Positions 49,621 to 63,647 of a DNA stretch of 64,000 nt are shown here, in pieces (position 1 is the stretch's first letter; the number at the start of each line of letters is the position of its first letter). Location of the stretch: positions 744,001 through 808,000 of the forward strand of contig JAYWIR010000040.1 in the NCBI GenBank assembly GCA_036172245.1, read 5' to 3'. This DNA comes from Raillietiella orientalis (Eukaryota). The position numbers and the translations under genes were made by a program. The notes below the pieces were generated by a model that saw nothing but the letters and a program-made list of their open reading frames with translations, searched no databases and was not told where the DNA came from.

Positions 49621-51849
49621 AGAGCGCCCGCGACGGTTGCGACATCAAAGAAATGATTGCCATGCCCACGGGGGCAATTCGGAAAGAACTGTGACGTAGG
49701 CAGAACGATGAAACGATCGTGATGTTAGCGAGATTGCAAAAGGATTGTGGCGTGGAAGAAGTGGCGCAAGGACTGCTGACCGCTAGCGGAACGATGGATC
49801 GACCACGGTGCCGCAGAGGCGGCGCAAGGGCTGCGACCACTGACGAAACGATTCTGGCGCTAGGCAGATCGTCGCATAGGGGCCCCGAGGCAGACCGCAT
49901 CATAGGTTTCCCGAACTCCCTCCCGTTCGGGAACCCCGGTTGCAGCACCAGTCACGCAGGGGATCGCGAGGAGCGGGCGCCAGAAAGGAAGGAGCTCCGA
50001 CTCGCGGCCGCTTAGGGAAGGCCTCGCTGCTGGGAAGAGCGCCCGGGGGAATGGAGAGGCAACCAGGCAAGGCTTCTCGGAAGCGTTGAGAGGATGGTGA
50101 CCCAGAATGGGCGCCAGCAGCGGGGGTCCCTTGGAATCCGAACTCGCCCCGCAGCTAGTGAGCGACCCCTCAGCCGAAACGCGAACTCCTTCCGGCAAAT
50201 CAGCGTCCTTCCTCGAGGAGTCCGACCTCGCAATTGGACCGCTGCCGGTGGTGGCGCGGACGCTGACGGGGAGCGCACGGCGCGCGCGCGACGGAAGGTT
50301 CGGTCGGGGCTTATCGGCCGCACGCGGGAGAGACCATCCGGTGGAGGAAGAGGCCAGCGGGAACGTGGCGCATGGCGAAACGTCCCTCGCCTCCCCTCGA
50401 GCGCCTGACTTGGTGACCACCGGGAGCCTCTCCCCCTTTTGTCTTCTCCTCCTCCTTCCTCCTCCCCCCCCCCACCCTCCACCCCTTCCCATTATTTTCC
50501 TTTTGTTTTCCGTTTTTCTGCCTCCGTTGTTTCGGCTTCTGGTGGGCGGCGAACAAAAAAAAATCGTCGATCGGCACGGCGCCGGCAGGCAGCCGCCGAC
50601 GTCTGCTCCCGGCAGGTTGCCGGGCGCGACGATCCCGGCACGCGTTCGGTGAGGGTGAGTGGGACAGAGGAGGAGAAGGGGAGGGGGAGGAACTAGGAAG
50701 GATCCGCAAGTGTAACACTATGTACTACAATGTATGCGACCGAGCGCGATTCGAGGAAGGCGCATGCGCGGGTCGCCACGACAGAGGCGACGCGCGAAAC
50801 GGACTCGAGGCGAAGGGAGACCTCTGCTTGGGGCGGGTCCGGGTTCCGGGACGTGCAGATGCATGCGGTCTCCCCACACACTCCTCCCCATTCTCGGGAC
50901 AGGATGCTGGCTCTTCCCCACTGAGGATGCACCCTTTCCAGCTCGCGAAATTTCCCCAGCCCGTCGCTCCCCGGGGAAACGGCCTTACCTTAGGTCACAT
51001 GCGCGCAGCCTCGGGGCGTGAACGATCATCGGAATCCCGGAGGACCGCACAAGATGCCTGCGCTAAAGGGCAGGTGGGGCTAGTTGCTCTTCCCCGAGCA
51101 TCCCACGCGCCGGGCCGCAGCCGGCGCGATGCTTTTCTGTCTTCGCTGTTTTTTCCCTTCCGGCATTTTTTTTTTCCAGGTTTTTCAGGTTTTCTTTTGT
51201 TTGGTTCGCTAAGTACCCCAAGAGCCGATCGCGTGCCTCGCGGCGCAAGTGGCTCTTCCCAGCGGGAGTGTTGGGAGCCGAATCTTCGACGCCACCGGCG
51301 CGATGCTTTCGAGGCCGTCCGGAGCGAGTGGCTCACCCCGGACGCCTCGGGACGGGAGTAGCGGGAAGCAGGTCGATGTCTTCCTCCATCTCCGCCAACG
51401 CCCCCGGAGGGGCCGAGAGCACGGAACTCGGATTGATTCCGGTTCGCTGTGGGTGGAGCCCGCGGAGGGGAAAGGACAGTGCCGAAGAGATCGGCAGCGC
51501 CCCAGTGTCCGGGAATGAACGGGAGGCTCCCCGGAAGGAGAAACATCACTTGGTAACAGCATGCTTCCCGGAAATAGTCCGATCCTTTGAAAATAGACGG
51601 GGGGAGGGGAGGAGGAGACAGGGACAGAAGAAAGGGGGGGAGGCAAATAGCACTCCTGCGACGGGAGACGGTCTTCCTAAGCTCATCTTCGGAAGGGAAG
51701 GGTCAGCAGCGCGACCTCTCTCTCCCGGAGGTTCTACAGGGAGGTGACGCCTCCTCCGCTTTGAGCTGATCTAGGACAGCTCCGCGGAGAGTCCAGAATT
51801 TGCCGGGACGGGACGGGGTGGCTTCCGGTAAGGGGGCGCCCTCTACCCT

Positions 51850-53850
51850 CCTGAAGACCACCGCAGGCGGCCTCTCAGGGGCTGTTCCTGCAAGGCAAAC
51901 ATGACTGGAGGTCCGTCCGGGCGGCTCGGGGCCACCGGGAAGCATAGGATGCACCCCTGAGGAATCTCACCCCAAAGAAAGAGTTGCCATTCCTCGAGGG
52001 GAAGTGAAGAGGGATCACCTCTCTTCTCGCTGCTGCTGAGCGCGGCCTCCTCTGCCACCGCCGAGGTCCCTCGACGTTGGAAGGGAAGCGACAGTCTAGG
52101 GCGGGGGCGCGAAGAAAATGCCTCGAAGCTACGGGGCAGCACTCTGCCCCTGTTCCTTCTTTTTCATCTCTTTTTTCTCAGTTACCGTGGAAGCCAGCCT
52201 CTTTCCTGTGGAGGCTTCCCCTTCCTTCTCGAGATACGGGCTGGGCTTTGGGAAGCCGAACGCTCTCTCGAAGCATTGCCGCCGCCACTTTGTACGCCAT
52301 CTTCGCCCCAGCCGGACGCTTCTCGGCTTGAAAAGATGGGCGAAGGAGCCTGACAGGAGAAGATCGCGTTCGTCCGCGCAGAGTCTGGCCGGACCGCCAT
52401 CTTTCCCTCCTGCTCTGCCTCCACCTTCGAGTTGGACGGGGAAAGGGCAAGGGCTCTCCAGGGAACCCTGTGCAGCCAGCGCCTTTTCGAGGGCGGCGGA
52501 AGGAGCAGCAGCTTCGGCCGCGGCTCCATGAAGGTCTGCCGAGGGGAAGTCCGCGGGGGCCCACAACGGGCGGCGACGACGACTGCGAAGCGGCGAATTC
52601 GGGAAGTCCGCAGGTCGCGCGTCCTCGCGCGCCGGAAGGACGGGCCCAGCAGCTCGGATCGACGGGAGGTCGGAGTCCCCTCCCGGGTATTTCGGACCGA
52701 GCGCGCGGCCGGCACGACGACTCTCGACCTGCTCCCCTTTCCGGAGATCCGGCCTGGGGTTCGATGTGTTGCCCACGATAACGACGGACGGACTCGCCGC
52801 CCTTTCTCTGAAGTGTCAGCCAGCGCTCCGGCTGCTGCGCTGGGGTCTCCCGCGAGGCGCCCGCCAGCATCACCACCGGACCCACGAAGTAGGGTGACCG
52901 CTTCCTCGGAGACTGCACGCTGCCTGTCCGCGGATGCCAGGGGCCTGGAGCGGCGCCGACAGAGGTCGATTCGGAGGGGCCGCCGTCCGGCGCGCCATTC
53001 GCTGGCAGCGGCCGGGCGACCCCGCCTGGGCGGCGTGAGGTGGAACACTCGCCGGCATCCTGGGAAGGATGCAGAGGACGCCCCGCAACGGGAGCGGCGA
53101 TCCCTTCCCGGACTCCGTGCCGGCGGGTCCCTGGTTCGGTCGTGGGGTCGGGAGCCCTTCCTCAGCGTGATTTTGAAGGGAGGCGCCCCGACGCAACCGG
53201 TTGCCATCTCCAAGCTGGAGGTGGGCGCCAGAGGCACGCCCCTGATGGGGACCGCTAGCCCCGCGGCTTCGCGTCCGGCGGTCTACTTCCTTGGCTTCCC
53301 GGGAAGCGACGCGGCCGCTTCTTGCTATTCCGCCCTCCCGGCCACGGGCGCGCCCGGGCCGGCTGCCGGTGTGGGATCGCGGCTCGGAGGGCGGCGGCGG
53401 CCACGGCGCAGGAGGAGTAGGTTGCCGGGGAACGGAACCCCTCCGAGGCATGCGGGAGGGGACTTTGGCGGCGGCCGGTCCGTCGTCGTCGGTCCTGCGA
53501 TTCCTTGCGACGCGATGGTATCTGAAGACAGCGAGCGTGCTGGTTCATGTGCAACCAGCTGAACCACAACCACGTGACGAGCGGTCTCCAGGAAACCTTC
53601 AAGATAACCTATGCTCGCTTGTGCAACGTTGAAGAAGCTGTCTAAATGTCGGAGCGCCTCTTTCAGCGTGTCGGGAGCCAAGGTCAATGAGTAACTGCTG
53701 CCAAGGCTTCTCATTGACCTCGCAGACAAGTGGGGATGCCTTTTCCTGAGGATGTGTGTCTTGTGCCGATGGCGCTTTTGAATTCACTGCCCTGGACACG
53801 AGGAAGGGAGCCAACCAACGGTCTGGAGCGTTCCCTGCTATGTGCGGGTG
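51850..53850 (-). mobile_element. decayed Tx1/L1-like ORF2
   Basis: Linker-like LRHLDSFF...GFLE, APDGGPSE, QTFMEPR, FERAFGFP, GEIPQGCIL...FALQEQPL in order. Confidence 0.45.
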
Positions 53851-55241
53851 GTGTCCTCCTTTGTCGTTGTGTGCGTGTGTATGGGAGATGTCTTCCTTGA
53901 CGACGATGCTGAGACAAAGCTGGAGATTTTCCAGCCCTGGATCCGAAGAAGTCCAGGAGTGGGCGGACGTCCGCAAGCTTCCACCCCGGTGCGCTCGGGG
54001 CGGGTACTCTGGCGGCGGCGGCGGCGGCGACGGGGCAAGCGGACTCGGTCTGTCGCGATGGTATCTGGGGATGCGGGACGCCCCGTGGCACTGCGAAGCG
54101 GACTGTCGTGTTTACGCGAAAGCCGCGGGACCGCGTCGAAGGCCCCGTGCTCCTGGGAAGGGGAGACGCTCTGGGGGAGACGAAATGGGGCTCATTATTT
54201 TGGAGGTGGCTCCGGCGGAAGCAGGCTAAATGGAAACGGGAGGATGCAGCTGTCTGTGTTGCCAGGCATCAGATGTTCGCATACTACGAGATCTGCTTGC
54301 AGTTGTTGCCGTGGGAGTTCCCTCCCCAGGAGCGAGTGGCGCGCGCTCGGAGGGAAAAGAAAAACAAAGAAAAAAAAGAGAGGGAAGGAATCTCCGGATG
54401 GGTCCCTGCGCATCCTCGAGGCGCCTCCACCTCTTTGCGCTGAGGAAGAAGACGCTCCGCTTTCTTTACCGCGAGTTCGCCGCTCGATACGACGGCGCGT
54501 TGCTAGGAAACGAGCTGCCGGAGGGGGAAGAGGGAGGGGGGAGGGAACCGACTTTTCTCTGCTCTCCTGCTGCATTGGAAAGGGGAGAGGGTGTTTGGAC
54601 GTGGCGGGGTGGGCAATTTGGAATGGGGACGCGGAGGAGGCGGCAAGCAGGTACCTGCCGACTCCTTTGTCGCCTGTCATCGTCTCGTGACGTCAGCGCG
54701 CGAACGTCGCGGCAAGGTGAGAGGAAGGCTCCGGGCTGCAGGTGGCGGGCAGACGTGCCCGTCCCCCCCCCCCCACTACCCGTCCCCCCTATGCGCACTC
54801 TGTCCGAGGGCGAGGTGTGTGCATGCGTGCGTGCGTGTGCTGAGCCCGATTTCGCGTGCGTGAGTGCGTGCGTGCGTGTCAGCGGCAAGGATGAGGAGGG
54901 CCTCGGGGAGGAAGAGGGGAAGGGAGGAGGATCACTGGCTCCCTCGTCCCCCCCTCCCGTCCTTCGTCTCTAGGCTCCCATCCCGAGGAGCGGAGGCGAA
55001 CGCCCGGAGACGGAACCATCCGGCCCGCTGCTGGCCCGACAGGGAGGAAGGGGTGAGTCACTGCTGTTGGCGTCCGGGTTCGCCCGATGGAGGGAGGGGA
55101 AAGGAGGAGAGCGAATCGTTTTCCGGAATGCTCGCGACCCCGGGAGCCAGCGCTCGCTTCGTGGAAGCCCGTTCTTGCGTCCGATATGAGACGCAGCCGC
55201 GACGAAGAGAGTGCGCGCGCGCCTTTCGACTTTTACGCGAA

Positions 55242-55312
55242 CAGCAGCAGCAGCAGCAGCAGCAGCCATTCGCGCGTGTGTGTTCTTTTCTCTCTTTTTT
55301 TTTTTTTTTTTT
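55242..55312 (+). repeat. (CAG)8 followed by a poly-T run
   Basis: Visible in sequence. Confidence 0.85.
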
Positions 55313-58300
55313 GCGCCCTGATGAATTCGAGCCAAGAAAGGGCAGCGCTAAGATGACTGGCTGGTCCAGATGCTGACTTTCCTGCTGTTGCTTCCTTTTT
55401 TTTCTTTTTATGCTTCCCTTCCTCTCTCTCCTCCCTCCTCCGCCCCGTGCGGAGATTGTGCGCGTGGAGAACGGCAGCCCGCTCGCCCGACCGCTTTCGA
55501 GGGCTGTTCGCATTTTTGCGTTGTTTCCAAATGCTTCCGCTAGATGGCAGGGGTCGCGCGTGGCACGTCCGGACGAGGTTTGCTCGGAACGGCCCTGGCA
55601 CGATATCGCATGAACGCGTTTTGCGTTGGGCGGCCTCCTTCCGTTGCCGCCGCGACCTCTGCGCGCGCCGCCGCCTCACACATTCGCCACCGAAACCCCA
55701 CAGAGGTAGGCTGGGGAGGGGGGGAAACCCTCTTCAGCCCCCCCCCCCGCCCCCTCCTCCTCCATTTCGGGAATTTTCTGCCGTCGTCCTGGGCAACGTG
55801 CGAAAGAGCCCCCGATTAAATAGGGGGCGAGGGGGAACGGAAGAAAGCGCGCAGAAGAGGAGGAGGGGGAGGAGGGGGGGGGCTTTCTCCTCCCTTGGGT
55901 TTCCTCCTGCCCCCATCATCTTCCAGCCGCTTTTGTTCTCTGTCCCCAAGGTTCTCTGCCGCTCCCACGGGGGGCCAAGGAGGGGTCACCGAACCTCCGC
56001 TCGTCGCGATCCGATTGGCTTTGGCGTCCCCCCGCGGGAGGGCGTCGCGGGGCTCGCGGCGCACGGGGTGGCCTTCCGCTGCGGCGACGGGAAACGCCCG
56101 AGGGAAAGAAGGATGGAACGGGGGAGGTAGAGGGTCGCCGCCGCCGGGAAGATGCGCGCGCGCGCGCGCGCGTCCCCCCCTCCCCTTTCCTCTCTCGCGC
56201 CGCGCAGTTCCCTTCTGCCTCCCCCGCCAGCCAGGCCGCGTGCGGCCTCGTCGTCCGCAAAATGAAGGACGTCCTCGCGAAATGGCGGCGCGCGAGCTCG
56301 AGCGCGCGCATCTCCCTTGCCCCTCTCCACCCCCAACCCTCCCTCTCTCTCCCCCTCTCTCTCGAGCACGTAGGGTGGCTCGGCAGATGGCTTCGCTCCG
56401 CTGCACCGAAAGCGAGGGGGAAAAGGGGGTGGAGGGGGAGCCCCTCCCCCCTAAAAAAAGGGAAGAAACCCATGGGTCACCTATACACCATCCTGGCCGC
56501 CGCTCTTCGGCTCCCCCTCCGACCCTTCTTTGCCCCTCGCGTGGCAGCTGCGTTCGGTCCAATGAACGCGCGCGCAGTGCGTCCCCTCGGGACCTCCCTC
56601 GGAGGGACTGGGTCCCCTCAACCCTGACCGGTCGTCGTCAGCAGCCCCGAAGACAAATCGGTCGGTCGGCTCCGCGACAGGGCAGCCTGGAAGTGGTCGA
56701 GAGCGGCGCCACTCCTCGCCTCCCCCTTGCGCGGTGCCACGGGGTTCTCCCACTGCCTCCGGTCCTCCAGGGTGCAGCCCGGCGCACTTAGGTCCCGGGA
56801 TTTGCCATCTACTCCTACAGAAAGAGAAGCGGGGCGGGAAGTAGCGCGGAGATCCGACACCTGGGGGATGGGTGAGATCCGTTGCTCCCGCGGGACGCGA
56901 GCCCTGCGGCAGGAGTGGGGCCGTGAGGCGAGGGAGCCGAGGGCCAAGTTTCCCTCTCCCCCCACCAGAGATAAGCGAAAACAGGAGCGGCCGCGGAAGG
57001 CCCATGCGTGGCGGGAATTGGGGAGCGCAGAGGGGGAGGCCACGCGTCCTGGAAAACCCGAAAAAGGAAGGGGAAAAGGGAAAGGAACTCCTCTTTGCTT
57101 CGTCCACCCTGCCCCCGGGTGGCGATTCTTTTGAGTGCGGCGGGTGTGAGACCCCGGAAAGCTCCCCCATGCATGCGGAAAGTGTCCCGAAGGCATCCCA
57201 GTTCCTCAGAGAAACCAAAGTCGGGGAGGAACTGAGGCCGTCTTTCAGAGGAGTACGCTGCCCCCCACTCTCCTCCCGGGGATCCTGGAAGATTGGGGGG
57301 GGGAGGAGGAGACGCTAAAGGGACGCGATGTTCCCTTCTGTTGGCTCCTCCGACGATACCCTTCGCTTCCCCACCGCATCCCGGATCCTCCCCCATTTAC
57401 GGGAGCGCCGCCTTCTCAGTCGTCTGCACCCCCACAACTTCCCAGTCTGCTGTCCCCGCTGCCCGCCACTTCACTCTTCCCTTCCTCCATCCCCTCTTCC
57501 CGAGGAGCTTTTCTTTCCTCCCCTTCTTCCCCCGACGCTCCCAAGTGCCCTTACTCTTGCCCGGCGGGACGTGCGCCCCTCTGCAAGTCGTCCCCCTCCC
57601 CTCTCCTCCCTTCCCTGGAAACATGGCGTCGTCGTCAGCTGCAAGAGAACTCCCGTGTCACACTGGGCCGTGTCACTCCACTTCGATCTGCTCGCCCCCA
57701 GGTTCGAATCGGGAATCCCGTCCCTCCTCAGGCCTCCTCCCCCAGCGCAAAGGACGGCGACGAGGAAAGGAAATAGGGAGAAGGAGGCGGGAACGAACAC
57801 CCCCGAACGCCCCAAGTACCTCCCCTTCCTCATCCGCCGCGAACCTCCCAGGAGTAAGTCCCCGCCTAGCCGGTCTCCAAGGAAACTGACCTCTGTCGGC
57901 GGAGACACCAGGCGTGGGTGGGGCGCAACGGAGGTTGCCGCCTCTCCCGCCCTGGAGCAGTCAGGCAACCCTCTGTAGCGTTGGTGGGGCCGCCTCACCG
58001 GGAAGCTGGTCCAGCCGGGAAAAAGGGAGGATAAGGGAAGGGGACCGCCGGCACAGAGGAAAGCAGGAAGGGAGAGGACCGTTCGGACCCGCATCAGGCT
58101 CTTTCCTCTCTTCGTGACTTCTCCCTTTTTTCCTGACGCGCTGAGGAACCCGCTGGTCCAGCCCAGCGCTACCCGCCAACTGCATCCTCCGTCCGCCTCT
58201 GAACATCTCCCGCCGCCTGAGGGACGACGCATCTTCCCGGCCGTCGAGCGATCCCTCCGCTCTTCTCTCCCCGCGGGGAGGGAGCATCTGCGACGGTGGA

Positions 58301-58539
58301 GAGGTGGGGAAGGGCAGCCTTCCTGCCTTCCGGGAGATGTCATGGGATTACCGTGCGTGCGCCCCAGGAGCTGTGTCCTTCGGAGAGGCGATCTCCCATC
58401 GGTCCGCGCGATCGAAGCTTTGGGGAACAAAGGGGTGTCTCTCCGGTCGCCGCGCTCCCGGAAGAGTCTTGGTGCGAAATTCCTTCCGCCCTCTCCCTGA
58501 CCCTCTCGTCGGGAGGTCTCCCTGTCAGAGGACGAATCA

Positions 58540-60400
58540 GGCGCAACCCGAGGCAGCTTCGGTCGTAGTCTCAGGTCATCCGATCCAACTCCCAGACCTC
58601 CCACAGGGGAACCCTCTCTCACCCCAACAGCAGATTTACCTCTGGGTTCCAGGAGCATCCCCTCTGCCCGTAGCTCAGGGTGGGCGAGAAAGCCAGGATG
58701 GGGCATGAAAAGGGGCATTCGGCCAGGCAGACAATCCAGAAGGATTCTACGGGAGCTCTCCGGGAGGAATCCGTGATCATGGAATTCGCTGGAGTAGTGA
58801 ATGCTCCCATGTCGCAGCTTCCAGGACAGCTCCCCACCTCCGGAAATCTGCGTGAAATGAGGAAAGGCGCAGCAACGAAGGGTCGCGTGGAGCAGACGCA
58901 GCAGCCGGAGCTGTAGCGGCGATTTAGGAGAGCGCGCTGCTGCTGCCCCATTCGCTGGCACGGGCGGGAGGAGAACCCGAAGGAGGATAGCGGGGAACGC
59001 ATCGCCCGAGTCTCCGGGGAAAGACTCTCGGATGCTCGGAGCCAATTTCCCGGACCCTCACGGAGATGAGTGAATCGCATCCGCTGCGGCAGAACGTCGA
59101 GCAGTAGCAGCGGCGGCTTCCGCCTCCTGCAAGCGGCGCGCCCGTCGCCACAATGCCGGCGCGCGTTGGCACGCAACAATCCCCGGACGTGACGAGTACG
59201 ATCCCCGCTTGCGAGGGGCGCTCGCGTCAACGCCGGCGGCGCAGGGCGCCCCCTTGTGCGTGACGTGTCCGTCCGGGAACCGATGCGGGGCGCGGCCCCT
59301 ATGCTTTCCCACGTGGAGAGCGTCTTCGGCCGAATTCCCAATGCAGCGGCTCTGCCGAACTTCCAAATTAAAAAAAGGAGAAGCAAAAGAGGAAGGGAAG
59401 AGAGAGGGAGAGGGGGAGAGCAGTTCCCTCCGGGAATGATGATTAGGGTCTCATTCCGACGCGGAATATGAATCACGAGGGAACGAGAGCCGAACGGGAA
59501 GCTTCCATTAGAAGCGCGAGTTCCCCCTTTCTCAGCGGGAGTCGTCGCAGCGCCGCAGCCTTTCAGCGATGATGGCGGTCATTCAAAATTCCTAATCAAA
59601 TAAGGGGGTGCGGCGGCAGCCGGTCGGCACTCACGAAGCGCGCACTTCGCGAGGCCGCTCTCGCGGGTGAGTGGTGCGAGCGCGCGTACAAAGGGAGGAG
59701 AGCGCGCCGGACGCCCGGCCTCGCGCATCTGCCCCTCGGGAGAACGCGTAAATGAAGACGCGCCGTGCGTGCCCGGACCTCGTCGGGGGAGGAAGGCGCA
59801 CGTCCCCCTGCCGGGACGAGGTCGCTTGCTCCTTTGCAGGCGAGCAAGAAACAAACCTCCTCCGGATGGCCTCGAGCCGTTTCCCTCCGCGTCCCTGGGC
59901 GTTTCCTTTTCCTTCCTTTTCTTCCTCTTGAATCCTTCTTTCCTCCCCTCCCTCGCTCGGGTGCCCCGGGGCGTCAGCTGTCCTTTCTCCCCGATCTTTG
60001 CATTTCCCGTTATCCCTTTGTTTCCCGAAATGAAGTTGTCCTTCCATGCAGAAAATCAAATCCCGTTCTTCCGGACTCCGACGAACGCAGTTCCCATCTT
60101 TCCGTGTTGAAGTTTTCGGAAGCTCCCAGGAACGGAATGGTTCTTCCAGAAAGGATCGGAAGGCGGAAAAAGAGTGTTACTCCCAGAAGTACTTCTGGAA
60201 TTCAGGAAACCCTTCGGCGCATCCCTCATCCTTGTGGAGGAGAGGAAAACTTGGATTCCCGGAATGGCGGTAGCCGCCGTTCCCGAGAGAACGAGCTTCT
60301 TCGTCTTCCGGTAGCTCCCGCCGGAAGAACGAAGAGGGAAGAGGTTTCTCGGAAGGCGCCCCTGTTCCCGATGCCGTCGGGATGGGGATGGGACGTCGGA
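58540..60400 (-). mobile_element. decayed Tx1-like ORF2
   Basis: EKPLPSSFFRRE (linker), ILLRVLL, PVGGLGV (~P...GGLG); includes the left arm of the inverted repeat. Confidence 0.4.
60133..60334 (+). repeat. inverted repeat, left arm (~202 bp)
   Basis: Reverse complement of 61204-61405 with only scattered mismatches. Confidence 0.92.
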
Positions 60401-61149
60401 TCGGGATCGCATGAGGAGCGGCGGGAAAGAGATTCTTCCTTTCGGTCGGGTTCTCCCACCACCCTCCCCTTCCTCCTTCTGGCTCAACCGGAAAGCCCAC
60501 GGCATCTCCGCAACGTCCCGGACTTCCCGAGAGAGAAGGCGCTCTCCCGGGACCCTGGCGGCGGCAGTCGAGGCTGCGCTCGGAGCCACCTCGGGGGCCG
60601 CAGCACGTCTCGAAGCAGGAACTTCGACATCCTCCCAATCCCGGAGGAGGCGTGCTCCTTGGTCCCGAGCTCGAAAGGCTAACGGAATGCGTGCTCGAAC
60701 CTGCCGGCGCCTCCAGGGCGTTCCTCAGCGACCACCTCCGTTCGGAGGTGGGAGAGATGAGGACGAAGGCGGATCATCCCAGGATCGAGAGCTCCTCCCG
60801 GTGAGGGCCCCGAGAGAAAGATCTGGGAGGATGCCCGAAGGCTGGATCGGGGATCGAGCCTTCCCGGAATGTCCGCCCTGTTCCGCGGGGTCAACGGCCC
60901 CTCTGCGGGTGGCGTTCCACGCACGTCCCCCCCTGCACGCTTTGGCCGAGAAGTCGTCACCCCCCCCCCCCTCGTGACCGCACGCCCCGCGGGCATCCAG
61001 ACTCCTCACGTAGCCCTCCACCTTGGCGAAACCCACTGGCCCTGACCGGGCTCAGCGAGTTTCAGCATGACCGCCGCCCGCAGGCTGGAAGGCCCTCTCG
61101 CCGAAGAACGCGCGCGCGCCCCGCGCGTGGCGCTGTTGCTTCCGCCTGC

Positions 61150-62010
61150 ACGCGAGGGCTCCCTCGTCCTGAGGACGGTACCGGGAACAGGGAGCTGTTG
61201 GCACTTCGTTCTTCCGGCGGGAGCTACCGGAAGACGAAGAAGCTCGTTCTCTCGGGAACGGCAGCTACCGCCATTCCGGGAATCAAAGTTTTCCTCTCCT
61301 CCACAAGGATGAGGGATGCGCCGAAGGGTTTCCTGAATTCCAGAAGTACTTCTGAGAGTACCACTCTTTTTCCGCATTCCGATCCTTTCTGGAAGGATCA
61401 TCCCGCCTGCACGCGAGAGCGCACCTCTTTCGCTCTTTCCATCCTCCGGCGAAGATTCTTTTCCATCCACGGCCGCAAAGCGGACTAAGAAAGGAAGTTG
61501 CCGCGGGTGCGGGGCGGGCTGCCCTCGGAGTTTCGCGAATTCCCCGGGGGCAACTCCCCACAAATTGGGAGCTCTCCATCGTGGCCAGCCAGGATTCGGC
61601 TCCCACAGGGAAAAAGTGGAGGCCCCGCTGCCCGAGCAGCGGCTGGCACGCCGTCGCGATGGCGATCACGAACTCCAAGTTGCCCTCCAGGGCGCGGGGC
61701 ACGCGCGGACAGGGCAGCAGCCGGCGGCGGAATCCGGAGCGGACCTGCACTGTCCCAGGTGAAGCCGCGGGCACCGACCTGCTCTGCTGCCGCACCCGAT
61801 CCAAGCCGTGGCCTCTCCTGAAAGGAGCGCGAGCTGCGCGGAGGGGCTCACGAGGGACTCCGCCCGACAGGGGAAAGCCGGAACTCACGGTCGACCCTTG
61901 GAAGGCTTTCGACCACATCCACCGGGAGCTCGTGCTCGACCTGCAGGGGAATGGGTCAGGCTCCCAGCCATGGGTAGTTTCCTCGGCCACCCGCGCCCTC
62001 TGAATCCCGC
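61150..62010 (+). mobile_element. decayed Tx1-like RT
   Basis: TSFFRRE, GGLPSEFREF (~DGLP.EFY), GWHAVAMAITNSKL (~NWRPISL...DYK), NPERTCTVPG (~HPDQTC.VPG), VDPWKAFDHI (~LDQEKAFDRV). Confidence 0.7.
61204..61405 (-). repeat. inverted repeat, right arm (~202 bp)
   Basis: Reverse complement of 60133-60334; spacer about 870 bp. Confidence 0.92.
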
Positions 62011-63164
62011 AGGGCACGCCAACTTACACCATTCTCAGGGGCCGCTTCGCCAAGAACGCTGAGGTCGCGGATGGAGCGCTGACCAGTCTCAAGCCCGACA
62101 CCCCTCGGTCGACCCTCTGAACCAGCGCTGCACGCGGCGCGCACAACTCTGATGGCGCGCCTGGCGTAGCAGCCTAAGCAGCCCTTTCCTGCTGTCCTCT
62201 CCCTCGTAGACCCCAGCAACCTCACTCGACGCATCCTTCGAATTCAGCTTCGGGGATAGTTGGCGCCGAGATCAAACGCTCGAAGTCGAGCGTCTGGCTT
62301 GTCCCCAGTGCGTACTGGATACTCTCCTCGGGTATCCTCGTGAACTAGGAGCACCCGAGGGTTCGTCCTCTCAGCCCCCTCTCCCTCTAGGGGAGGTCTG
62401 GTCCGGCTATGTGGAGATGGCGCGACGTGTCCTTTCGCAGCAGCCGACTTCCTCCCGCCAAAGGACCCGCTCGGAGCATCCTTGGCGCGTTTTTTCGTCC
62501 GGTCACTATCTTTTTCCACCCCTCTTTCCCTCCCTCTCCCGGAGACCTCTAGGGGAGCTGCGGAATCGCCGGTCCGATGCGTGAAGACCTTCTGTGGGTT
62601 TATCCAGGTCGGAAGGTTCGGTCCTCATCCCCTTTTCCTCTCCTCTCCCGGATGCGCGTCCGAACTTGCTTCTCCCTGAACGGATACAGATGTGCCATTC
62701 TGGAGGTGGTTCCTCGCGGCGGCTCAGTCGCTGGCGTTTTTCTTCGCAGGTCCTCAAGAGGGATGCAGCAAAAAACGCAAAGAATTGGCGCCCAGCCTCG
62801 CACGCGACCGCAGGAAGGGTCGAGGCGCCCCCTTCGCACAATGGCGTCGCTGCCCGCAGAGTCACAAATGGGGGTGTAGAAACGTGTGGCGAAAGGAACC
62901 ACTCTGGAAATCGCGCGAGGCCGCTGACGTGATCCGGGGCGCTTCCGATTTTCACCCGGATTTCGCCGGGGCGTTTATTGTAACAATAAACTTTAAGACG
63001 TGCAGTTGCTGGACCATTGCTCCAGCCACGCACGAAGAAACACAGAGCCTGCCGGGTCACCGGTTCGCAGACCGGTACGGTCCACCGCGGCAGCTGGGGG
63101 AAGGGGGAAAAACAAAAAAAACAAAACAAAAAGAAAAGAAAAAGTGGGAGGGTACAGGACGGGA

Positions 63165-63647
63165 TCACTGTAGCTGGTGGGGCCGTTGCATCCTTTGCAG
63201 AATGCCGGCAAGCTCTTGCTGTATGCTTGGATCCAGGTGGGGCCAACGAGACGCTCTCCTAAGGAACTGGGAGGCTGGCTGGATGGCACCTTGGTCGTGT
63301 GGTCCTCCCGTAGCCTTGCTCCAGGCGGCGACGATCCCGCGTAGGCAGCACAGGGCTGCTAACGAGGCCGCTGGCCGAAGGGCGTCGGCAACGAAGAGGG
63401 CTTTCGGAGCTTCCCTGGGGTTGCCGCAGGGGATTCCGATGGCCGCGGCAAAGCGGAGCCAAAGGGGCCGAAGGGCAACACAATCCACAAACAGGTGGGG
63501 GAGGGACTCCCGTTCCCCACACCTAACACAATTGGGATCCACTGCTCCCCAGGTCCAGTAGTGTCGGCGGGCGTTGCAGGGAAGTCCCCAGTGCTGCAAC
63601 AGGAGAGCCGACTCCTGCCATTTTAAGGGGAGGGTGGAGGTGTTCAT
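63165..63647 (-). mobile_element. Tx1/L1-like ORF2 C-terminus with intact CX2CX7HX4C knuckle (zf-RVT)
   Basis: LQHWGLPCNARRH...PNCVRCGERESLPHLFVDCVALRPLW. Confidence 0.75.

Noticed and set aside
57471..59045. 524 aa minus-strand ORF
   Set aside because: Low-complexity R/G/P composition; only patchy Tx1-like motifs, consistent with a decayed element and chance openness
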